Under the pieces are notes generated by a model. That model was given only the letters and a program-made list of their open reading frames with translations, was not told the DNA's origin and did no database searches. A program made the position numbers and the translations under genes. A stretch of 64,000 bases of DNA, taken from positions 35,328,388 through 35,392,387 of the forward strand of contig NC_092670.1 of assembly GCF_964355755.1 (NCBI RefSeq). The letters are read 5' to 3'. Shown one piece after another: positions 39,546 through 51,600 of this stretch (position 1 is the first letter of the stretch; every line of letters begins with the position of its first letter). Source of the stretch: Antedon mediterranea (Eukaryota; Animalia; Echinodermata).

Positions 39546-39624
39546 ATGGATTGGAATGATAAGGCGTGCACTGATAAATGCCGGGATAGATATTATGATT
39601 ATGAAAAAGAATTGAATCTAAAAG
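39546..39624 (+). CDS. PDFR: PDFR-like coding exon 1 (MDWNDKACTDKCRDRYYDYEKELNLK-G)
   Basis: ATG in aaaATGG context with an in-frame TGA upstream at 39516; supplies the first ECD cysteine; donor AAG|GTAAGC is phase 1, matching the next exon. Confidence 0.75.
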
Positions 39625-42600
39625 GTAAGCTATTAAGTAAGATTGGTAAGATATTGAATAAAGCTAAACAAACGGTGTATTTAGGTAATTTATGACACAA
39701 CGCAAGAACATACTGGTGGTATTTAAGGTAAAACTAATATTAAGCTCTGTCTACACTATTAAACTTTATTTGACAATATATGGCACATCACATTTTGTTG
39801 GTACCTAAATTTTGATATTGTAGACAGAGCTTTATATATGTCATGATCATGTCAGAATTTATATGTCATGGTGACGTTGGTCAAAATAGGTGATCTGTTT
39901 AGGCTAATGAATTATTTTTTAAACTAAAAATGTGCACGGCAAAATCACCAAAAAAAAGAATTTGTTTTTTAGATCCAGCCTCGAGTACGTCGAATGGATT
40001 CTAATAATAATAATCACATTTTTATGGAACCATTCTTAAAATGATGTCAAAGCGCTTTTAGAAATATTATATTGCGGAAATTTAAAATTAGTTTTCAGTA
40101 ATTTCTAATACGAACATCTGTTTGAGTGAAGCGTTCCAAATGTACTTTTTATGGGTACTTTGTTCATCATTTTATTATTCCTAATTAAATGTTTCGTCGT
40201 AATTACACACGTGTGTAAGAAAACTTAACTTTAGTAGACAATTTAGTGGTGTAATAAATTCTGCATTATAACGCTTTATGTTCGCGTTTAAAGTAGATGA
40301 TAAACTACTGGATGTAAAGCCTTTTTTTTATTTTCGAGGCCCCTTTATATTTGCGATATTGTAACCTTTTAACCTGTAACCTACTGCATCTATATATAAA
40401 TGTACGTAAGGGCATCTATACAAATTATGAATAATTCTGAAATAATCGAACACAATGCAAACATGTTTACTTTTATATTATAAATCCAAAGACAAAATAC
40501 TGAACAAATGACAATATTACTATTAGTAGCGTTTGCAACTACCAACGGTAAACCTCGGTCTATACTATCAAACTTTATTTGACAAATGTGATGTGTCCAT
40601 AATTATATGGACACTTTGACGTCATAGGACTACGATATTTGGGAACATCACACTTTTTGTCAAACTGGGTTGATAGACAGAGCTTAAGAATCTAGGCATA
40701 CATTAGGATAGCGTAGGCCTAAGTAGACGTACCGTAGAGTTTCCTCAGATTTGATTTTGATTCCAACTTGGACGCAAAAGATTCAACGACATTGGCGCAA
40801 GGCAAGTGAGTTGACGTATCACAAGCACGACATTTCACATGATCCATCGTGCGTCGTGATTGGTCAATTACTTGCGGGGCGTTACGTCCTTGCGGTGCGT
40901 GCAAGTACGTATGAACGAAGCTTTACTCAAATTTCAGTAACAAAGTGTCAAAATACAAAATTGAAGAAAACGTTGTTCCAATCAATCGTACAGTAGGCCT
41001 ATACGATATGTTTACCCGTGCAATCGTGTTGTAAAGTTTGACCGTGAGAGGTTTATTTATTCTTCTTTAAACTCAATCTAGCATTGAAATTTGCTAATGT
41101 ATAAATCTTCTTAATCTCTTACAAATCGCTTTGGATTTTTAGTCTAGAGTAGATTTACACCGCTCAACAACATCATATTAATATCTCCGCAGTTTAATCT
41201 GATATTAACACTAGCCAACTGATTGAATGAATCTAATTAGAGCAGTGTACCGTTAAAATACATTATATTCACCAGACGATAAACACGTTGTTGACAAGCT
41301 GGCCTACATTATAAAATCTGTGTCCACACACATACATACTAGTATTAATTTATTTAAAGACTTATGACCTATTTTGATAGCAGGGGTCATGACTAATTGT
41401 AATAGTTAAATAAAACAAACCAATAGATATCGTTTAGACGGATTTTATGTGTGATTTGAAAGGGTGTGTTACGTAATCTACGCAAGTTAATTATTAAAAA
41501 TATAATTATACATCATAACATAATTTGATTGTTGTGGTGAGAATAAAACAATTATTTTTCAAACCAATCCAATAAATAGTTAATTCTAACCGCATCATCA
41601 ACACAGATATATTTTAAAATAATAAACACAAACATAATTTGTTATTAGGCCTACATCAAACCCTGTAATGTCAACTATTACCGTTGTGGAGTTACGTAAG
41701 AAGTATCAGATATCTAAAATTGAATCGTCAAAACTTGCGTAAAACGCGTTCCATACTCCCTCAATTTCGCATTTACTGTAATATATTTTCCTGTTATATT
41801 GATTTACAAGAATGTTCATATTTCATGTTTTCGTTATAATTACTGTGCTTTTAATTGTTTGTTGACAGGTGCAGCGTACTGTGGTGTTGATTTTGACAGT
41901 ACAATATGCTGGCCGCCTACACTTGCAAATGAGACAGCAGTTGTGGTGTGTCCTGAAGGAAACCCATTAATAGACACCAGCAGTAAGTATAGCAAAACAG
42001 AGATTAGTTGAAGAACAATAGTTTCTTGACTCAAACCGTCTTTATTAAGCATTTTGTACAGTATGTGAAACAGTATCAACCTGATTTCTGTTGCGCGTGC
42101 GCTTGCTTGTGAATTAGTACTGATGTGCTGTTCCTGATCATTGTCACTTCGTTCTACGCTGAGGTGATACCGAGTCACCATCCAATCGAATTTAAACAAC
42201 AGAGGTACCATAAAAGCCCCAGTGGTCTAATGATTATGATAGATCAAGCAGAAAGTTCCGTGTTTGAATCTCTTTGAAAGATTTTTACATGTGTATGGTT
42301 TAAAGCATCTTTCGACAAACTGTTATGTAAAACTATATGCTTACTAATAATAGGCCTAACATGAATATTTGGGCAAAATGCATTTAGGTATTGAGGTTTC
42401 TACACTCAATTTTTCAAACAAATGTTTCTGTCATTCATCGCCACCCCTTTCTTTCTCTTCTCAAAATCCTCGTTTATCTGCGTTTGAATTTTAATGTAAT
42501 TCGGTTACTTTATCTTTACGTTATCGAGTAGGCCTACTGTTTTATAAACTTGTTTTAATTTAACAATATAAACAAACAATAATACGTCTACCATGTCTTT

Positions 42601-45600
42601 TCTTTTGGCAGAAACAGCATTTCAAAAATGCAACATCAATGCAACTTGGAACAAAATTCCAGGATATATATTACAATGTTTTTACGACGACAACAAGGAA
42701 GTAGTAACTCATAAGCAAACGGATGAGGAATTAGCCGCAAAGGAACAGGTATACGTTCAAGTTTATATTAGTATCATCATTGAAGAAGTTTTTGAAAAAA
42801 AATTACGTATACATTATTGATTGCATGATTAGTTCCACAATGAGTTCGACCCTATCTGTATCATACTAATTGCATGCTTAAGCAAGATGACATGTAAAGC
42901 CGTTGGTCTCGTATACTTAACAGTGCACGTTAACGAACTTGGTACACTATTCGTCTCCCTAGTCCAGATCCCTATGTATTTTCGTGTGCAGATCATGGGG
43001 AAAGTGTAAACATTGTGTTTTATGAATATTTGAATCATGCTGGTTTTAAAAACCCATGTTGTCAAATTTCTAAAATTCATCTTTGACCTCTGACCTCAAT
43101 TTGATTGTTTTGACCCATTGAAAACAAAATGATCATATCTTTGCAACGCTTAGATTAAATGAAATAATACATATCATATAACTCCGTAACTAATAGTTGG
43201 ACAAACTTTAAATAGGGCTCAAATTAATCTGAAGGTATATGTTTCTATTCAGTCTAATAAGAACTTTTTCAAGAAAATGACCCGAAATATTTTTATTGAC
43301 CTTTGACCTGTACTGGTAGTACATATTTCTATAATCTCAAAAACTATTGGCCGTAAAATGGTTGTTTTTGTGAAATGGTTCGAAAAATTTACATTTATAT
43401 GTTGTATAATAACAACATTTTATAGAAATGTAAAAGAATTCTATTTATGATCACTAACTTTGTAATTTATTAACATCACTAGCATTTGTTATAATATTAA
43501 AATGTGTCATATTTGCTGATTTTAAGCACTTCACATGAATTTATCAGAAAATATGTGTATTTAATATAAAATTTATTTTTTTTTATATAAAGACAATTTA
43601 ATTGTCTATCAAATAAGACTATTTTCAAATTATTATGGCTAAAACTTAATTAATGTTCACACTTTCCCCATGATCTGCACACGAAGGCACTTTTTTTGAC
43701 ATAGGGATCTGGACTACCCGGTGTGCTGATCTGGTAGGCCTGCACTGCGTGGGTCCATGGAGGGCTTAATCTGAGAATTTCCTCAGTTTCCAGTTAAGCT
43801 TGAGGACAAAGAATTATACATTTAACATTTAATCGTCCTCAATTTATTACTGCAGTTGGTATACCAAAAGACCTGCCTAATCACATTTATTAAAATCTAT
43901 GAGTTATCTTCAATATGGGCCTTCTCTGAGTTACTAAGCGCTTACACTTATTGTTTCAGAATTATTATAAAAACGTAGCAACAAAAACTTCACTACCACG
44001 TCTTGTGGTTTCATTTCTATAGGAATCCGTTAGGAATCGAAAGCGTATCCACGCATGCGCACATTAACTTTACAGGACCTCTGTATTGTATAGGCCTACA
44101 TTTTAAAATTGGTATTTATGCCTATAATTATGTTATGGTATGATGATTTCGTTATTCCTAATCAATAGTTTTATATATTTTACAGTTTTTAAACGACGTT
44201 GCTGGTATAAGTCGATTTGTTGAATTATTTTTTATCTGCCTCTCGTTATTCAGCCTTATCGTTGCGCTATTTGTCCTGAATTATTTCAGGTTAGTATTAT
44301 TAGTGAACCAGAAGATTTAACTGTTTTTTTATAAGCGAAATAAATATGTTGTTATTTTTATTCTTATTTTTGTTAAAGGTAAATACATTTATTACAATTG
44401 CAAAATGACCTATTTAAAGTTGAATTTATCTGTTACTATTGAATACTGAAAAGCTTTATTTGTCCATTATCATATAAAATAATAATGGAGATTGGCAAAT
44501 ATATATTCGTACGATTAAAAACAGATATATATATTTACAGTATATATAATATAAACAAAAAAATTGAAATATAGAATACACACACATTGTTCGTGATTTT
44601 AGAGACAATACATCTTTAAATTGATAAACACGATACAAACTTGTTTTCGTTTTACTTTATTCAGTGCTCTTAAGTGCCACCGCACCCGCATTCACAAACA
44701 CTTATTTTGTGCTCTAATCATCTTTGAGGTCATCTTGACAATCACTGTTGTCGAAGAATTAATTAGTTTCTATAAACCAGACCAGTGCTCCATAATTAAG
44801 GATGATACTATTGCGGCGACCGTAAGTATCATATCGCCATTCTTTTGAAATAATTACAAGTAATATATATTTATTACGATATAAAACAACAAGCAGCCTG
44901 AAAGTTAAAAACGTTGAACAAATATAATTGAGATAAAAAAAAATAAAGAGCATGGGCCCGATTTATCAATTTTGCTTAGCCAAAAAAGTCGTCTTAACTT
45001 TACCTTAAATTCTAAAGTTTAATTTTACGCATGCGCAAAGTAAATTTACCTAAGACAATTTTTCTGCTTAGACGGTTATTAAATTATCTTTAGTTATTTC
45101 CTTAAGCACTTCTGAAATATTTCAGCTTAAGCAAAAATATAAGCAAATATTGATAAATGCCAAACCTGTTGCTTAATACGTGAGTTGAGGGAAGGGATGT
45201 GTTTGTACGCAAGACAACCCTCGACTCGATGGCGTACGCTCCTGCAGAAGCACAAAACAACAGGTTCCCCGTTTGAATCTTTAATGAAGATATTGACTCA
45301 TTATTGGCTCATAATTCAAAAACGTCACGCATACTAAATTTGCTCGCTCATGTGGTTTAATGCTAAAAAGTTAAACAAAGTTTTTCATCAGTGCAATTAA
45401 ATTCTATGATTTCATCAATGTAACACAATAAGCAATTTCGATGGACCTGTAGTTTGTTTTATCGGAAACAGTACTTGCTGCACTATTATTTCACTAAGTA
45501 AAACAAGATTATTAAAGAAATACTCTAGGTCATTTTAAAGAATTGTGCACAGTACTGTACTTTATTCTTCATAATGTAGACAATTAGACCAAACTAAAAT

Positions 45601-48600
45601 ATAGGTTGTCCTAACAAATGTCAACGATGTAAGATCAAATACGCGTACACCATAAAATGATGACGTCATTAATAATGGGCCGGTCTCGTTACCCAAATTA
45701 TTTAAATTCGTATTTAATGATATAGAACAACATACGATATACGACAGTATGCCTTCTCCCTTGAGGCATCGAGTAACGTATTTTGTTATGCTATAATGTT
45801 CGTTTCGATTCGACATACCGATTGGATATTGAAGTAGTTTTTCTATATCCGGAGAATTAATTACGATCTATAAGCAACTGTCAAATGTATTTTTCCCTTT
45901 TCAATAATACATCAGCTTAGGTTTACCGGCTTTAAAATGCATATATGTTCTATATCCATGCTTACTCAACGATGCGTATAAAAAGTACGCATGCAAACAC
46001 ACGGATAATTCACACTAAATTGCAAAATTTGTAACATTTCTACTAATCCTTGACTATTGTGAGCTTAAAACATAGTGTTAGAATTGCTTTATCTTTCAAT
46101 CCATTCAATTTGGAGAAAAACGCTCTAAGCATGAGGTGATAGAACATTCTCTTCCTCGCACATAAAGTGTAAAACATAAATATAACTATACAGCAAGTAA
46201 TGTCGATTGTAACCTTAGTCTCTTTTTTTTCAAATATCCCATCTCGTTGGTGAACCCACTTTTAAATATATAGTATCCAGCAGTATACTTGTTGAATGGT
46301 TAAATATTACAATAATAAATTATCATTATTATTCAGACAAACTTAGTCTGGTTACATCTTACATCTCTTAATGAACAAGTTTCCATGTTTTGTGTGACTA
46401 CACCGTGCAGATTCTGTTTTCAATGAATTCCAACATGTTCTCCAATTATTGTACAAATTGCTATACAATAATATCTGTACTGTACTATATTTACGTTATA
46501 GAACAGTCCAGTAAAATGTTATTAAATGAACATTGTAAATGTTGGTATTTTAATACTATAGTCATCATCATCGTCACCAGCGTCGTCATCATCATTTATT
46601 ACAGATCGTCGTCAACATTATCACAATCGTGATATTTATTTATCGTTATCATTATCGTCCTCATATTTTTACCATCGTTATCATCATAGTCAAATATCAT
46701 TTTCAACATTGTCATTTTCATTGTCAGCATCATCATTAACATTTTCAACATCGTGGTCATCATTGTCAATCATCATCATTTTTACCATCGTCATAATCAT
46801 TTTCAACGTTGTCATCTCACCATCGTCATCATTGTCATTATTATTGTTATCATTGTGAGCATCATTATTGTCATAATCATTTTCAACATTGTCATCATCA
46901 TTGTTATATCATTATCACCATCGTCATCATCATTTTCACCATTGTCCCAATCATTTTCTACATCGTTATCATCAATGTCACCATCGTCATTGTCACCATT
47001 GTCATAATTATTGCCACTATCTTTATTTTCAACATCGTTATCATCATTGTTACCATCGTCATCATCATTTTCATCATTGTTCCAATCATTTTCTACGTTT
47101 TCTTCATCATTTCCATTGTCACCATCGTCATTGTCACCATCGTCATCTTCATTGCCACCATCTTCATTATTTTTCAACATCGTTATAAGTGTTACAATCG
47201 TCATTATCACCATTGTTATCATTATTGCCGTCATCTTCATTATTTGTCAGCATCGTTATCATCATTGTCACAATCGTTAATGCCACCATCTTTAATTTCA
47301 ACATCATTATCATCATTGTCACCATTGTAATCATCATTTCCAACATCGTTATCATCATTTTCACTATGGTCGTCATCATCATCATAATTGTCACAATCAT
47401 CATCATAATTGCCACCATCGTCATACTCATTTTACAATTGTCGTCATCTTTGTCACTATCCCTGTAATAATTAAATTCATATATGATTTTTTGTTTAACT
47501 TTGAAAAAAAACCCTATATTCATAACATCACGATTTTAAAATAATTTACCACAAAAATTTTTTTTTATTTTTTATGGTGATGAGAAAGCCGCCGTAGTTA
47601 TTTTAAGTTCATGTAAAACTCCTAAAACTTGAAACTAACAACTACTGTTCTTTGTTATAACAGCCAATTTTATGTGAAACTCTGATTGTAGTGAGAGAAT
47701 ACAGCCGTTTTGTTGTCTTTGCTTGGATGTTCATCGAGGGACACTATTTGAATGGACTCGTATCAGCGGCAGTCTTCGGCACTCCGAAATTTGTTCTTTA
47801 CTATATCTTTGGTTGGAGTAAGTAGACCTATGATTATAACTAATACTACAAGCTATTCTTTCAAAAATTTTTTTCGTATTAGAGAAGTTTGTTTAGATAA
47901 TAATGACATTTTCAGAGCAACAGTCAAATACAAAAGTGTGGTTTGGAACACTTTTTATATGCTCACACAAGGTTTTAATGGTACATGAAATGTGTTGAAA
48001 GTCGTGAATTGAATTTTTTTGCTTGGTTTAAATGTTGGTAGATTGATAATAATGTTGTTATTTACTTTTAATTTCAGTGTCTCCTTTACCGTTTCTTGTG
48101 CTGTGGATAATATTCATGTCAAAATCTGTTTTGCAGTAAGTAGTTGATGGCACATTGAAAAGATCTTTGATTTGTGAATGGTTAATTTCCTATAAATACT
48201 TACGATATAGTCTAGACTTAACGATGATCGATCGAGAAGTTGGCTATGTATTATATAAACTATTAAGTGTCTGTTTACACGGGGCACCGTTACCCTTGAC
48301 AAGACATGGACAACAATGGCAAAGAACAAAAATAAACAGGAAATTAAGATAATTATCAAACTAAAAAGTAAGAAGAACAATTGTTTAATGTTTATTGAAA
48401 TTTTGTCACCGGGCATTTTTCCTTTTTCGTCTTTTTTCCATGTAAATTGATTGTCATCATGTATTGTCCCCCAAAAACATCATAAATGAAGATTAATTAA
48501 ATCAGAATTTGAATATGTTATTTTGTAGTTTTTATAAAGTTAATCACTTTCGTAATGTTTTCACTTATAAAAATAAATCGTTAAATTCAACCAAAAGTTA

Positions 48601-51600
48601 TTAACTATTATGTGACATTAAATTGACATATTCAACAACATTCAACAAAGCATTATTTTTTCATAGGACAATACATCTTTAATATTCCTAAACAAATTAC
48701 GGACACAAATCAAAACGTACGTCGTAAAAGAAATAATAACTTGCTATGCGGCAATAAATTATAAATTAATGATAAAATGTTGTATTTTTATTATTTAGAT
48801 GTTGGTATGATTATGCATCTTCAAAATATTATTTATTAGTCGAGATTCCACGCCTCTCACTTTTAGGGGTAAGTAAAATGGCGAATTTATAAACATGTAC
48901 AGTACGTAAATGTGTTTTGCATATAATAACCTTATAAAAACAAAGTATAAGTGACAGTGGACATACACTAGAAATACCATGTAGGCCTACTATACATACT
49001 ATATGTACGAATTATTTTTAATTCTATATGAGATGCATGTACCAGGTTTCAGGATAATGCAGGTGTTTTGGGATGTTTTGTATTCGTTGAAAGTTTGACG
49101 CCTCTTTAAACACTCTTTCAACCCGGGAAATTATTTTTTCCATTAAACTAGTTGTATATAAATATGTTGATATAATATGTATTTTTTTATGAATCCATTT
49201 TTTGTATAGATTAACATTGTTCTTCTTTTCAACATCATCCGGGTCCTTGTAACGAAACTTCGACAGAACAATTCTGGAGAAAGTCAGCTTGTGCGGTAAG
49301 TTTTCTGATCGAAATTAAATGGCCCTCTAATAATTAACCTCTTGTAAATTCAAGACCATTTAAATTAAAATACTTCTCAAATTAAACATCACTGTTTGAA
49401 TATTTAATGAAAAGAGATAAATTTATTGATAATACAATATTGATAAAAATTAAGATTAATGTTATTATTAATAACATTGCTAAAATAATATAGTTTTTTA
49501 CACTGACATAGTTTGTGCGGTAGGTTTTGTGATCTTCCTAAAATTAACTGGCCCTCTAATAATTAACCTCTTGTAAATTCAATACCATTCTAATTAAAAT
49601 ACTTCTCTAATTAAACACCACTGTTTAATATTTAATGAAAAGAGATACATTTATTGATAAATTCATTGATCAATATTGATAACAGTTTATATGTTGGCCT
49701 AAAATGAAAATTAATGTTATTACTAATAACATTGCATTGCTAAAACAATGTAGTTCTTTACACCGACTTAGCTGTTCACACTTGTTCCGATCTGTGCCTG
49801 AATAGGCCTGAAAGACCCTAAACGTCCAGAAAATCAGTACGTTTTGACGATTTTCTGTGTTCTATAGTATATAAAATAAAATGAAACATCTGCCTCTTCA
49901 TCCTAAAGATTGGATAATATTGATGCCGAATAATATTGTTTTAGATCATTATTTAGCTATTACTGACGATTGTGATATGTCATAATTACTTCAGTGACAT
50001 GATGGATACCCCAATGCTTAATGTTATTGAAAAGTATGTCATTATAAAAGTTGTTTACGTAACTGTGAGAAGAGTTTTTTTTATAAAAAGTACACGTTTT
50101 GATCATGAAAACTTTTGGAAATCTTAAATCTCTACATGCTAATATGTATTTCTCTTATTCTTATAATTGCAATGTACTAATTTAGGATTGAGTAAGTTGA
50201 CACTCGTTTCTCGTACGATACTATGTCCTGCAACTGCAACCCAGCTAGCTGAATGTTCACCGGTAAAATAGTGTTTAGCTACCCAATGTTAAGGGTTTTA
50301 ACACCGTCGATGTGTTATGTATATAATGAGATAGATAATTTAGACGGTTATGTTCACTTAATTGGACATTCGTGTGTTTGGGGTTTGTCTGTTACCCATC
50401 ACCTGACATGAGCCAGCCTAGTATATCATTGCTTGAAGATATGAGAAACTGTATGAAATCGCCAGAGAAACGAAGTAGACCTTTAATGCTAGGTTGGTAT
50501 TCTAGATAACCAATCGTTCATAGCTTCTATGACATCACAAACACATTTGACCGTTTATTTATAAGCTTCACAAGCCAATATGAAAACAATTCAAGGAACA
50601 TAGTAATCAAGTCAGAAAATGTGAATAGCATAATGTGTTCTTTAATCGGAAATAGAGGATTAGAAGACTACGGGATATGTGTCTCTCGAAGTAGACCAGA
50701 TTGGTTTCAGGCATCTCTCCATGTATGCTACAATAATGGTTTTTTAACGATTATAAGCAACGTCTTAGTTAAGTTGAAGATGTTCTCCAGATGGAATGCC
50801 ATCCTGAGATGAGTAGTAGTAATTTTGTTTTTTTTATTTATTTCATTTATGTAATTTACTTTCTATGGACCAGAGTTTCCTAAATAAAAGATTGAATGAA
50901 TGAATGAATGAATGAATGAATGAATGAATGAATGAATAATAAATAATTTGTAAATCACTCAACGCTTTATAGCTTTAGTTTTCTGGGATTTGTTCAAACC
51001 TCGGAACATTTTTTCAGAGGTGAAATAAGTTCATAAGTTGTGATTTAGATCATGGAGGTAAATCAATTAATGTTTATCTTTATAGAGCACAGCACAGTTT
51101 ATGGTAACTCGTTTTGTAGAGTATGCATATACTATAATCTGGTGCTGGTGGTTGACTCTGTCCATTTGAGGCCTAGGCTAGTAGTTTTTTGTTCAGATTT
51201 TCTGTTTTAAACGCACTTTTATTGTTGCAATTGACACTACTAATTATGGTACAGTACATTATAAAAGAGATAATTAAATCGTAATAATAAAAGCAGCAAG
51301 TTTAGTGCTGAAATAAGTTGTAAATAAAAATAAAGCGTACGTCTGTATCCTTTGTATGCCTATATCTTGAGGCGGTTAAGTGCGCTGTTGTTCTTACATT
51401 ATTTTAATTAGTGGTTTTCCACTGTAGATGATCACAATTATAGCCTTTAAGAAAGTGCAAAGCATTAGATCATCGAATCCAGAATCTTAAGTATAATCGA
51501 ACGAGGAACAAACATAATGTGTCTAAGCCACTTCATCCTAGAGTAGGCCTTATGTCAGTTGATGCAATTTCATTTTCACATAATGATTAAGTAATTCAAC

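Noticed and set aside
41840-42211. 123-aa minus-strand ORF (also 53118-53330, 48114-48416, 60334-60654)
   Set aside because: Antisense shadows of GPCR exons or flanks with no recognisable motifs
46753-47523. His-, Ile-, Ser- and Asp/Asn-rich ORFs up to 173 aa
   Set aside because: Open in most frames because of (ATC)n periodicity; lies in an intron whose flanking exons join in phase without it
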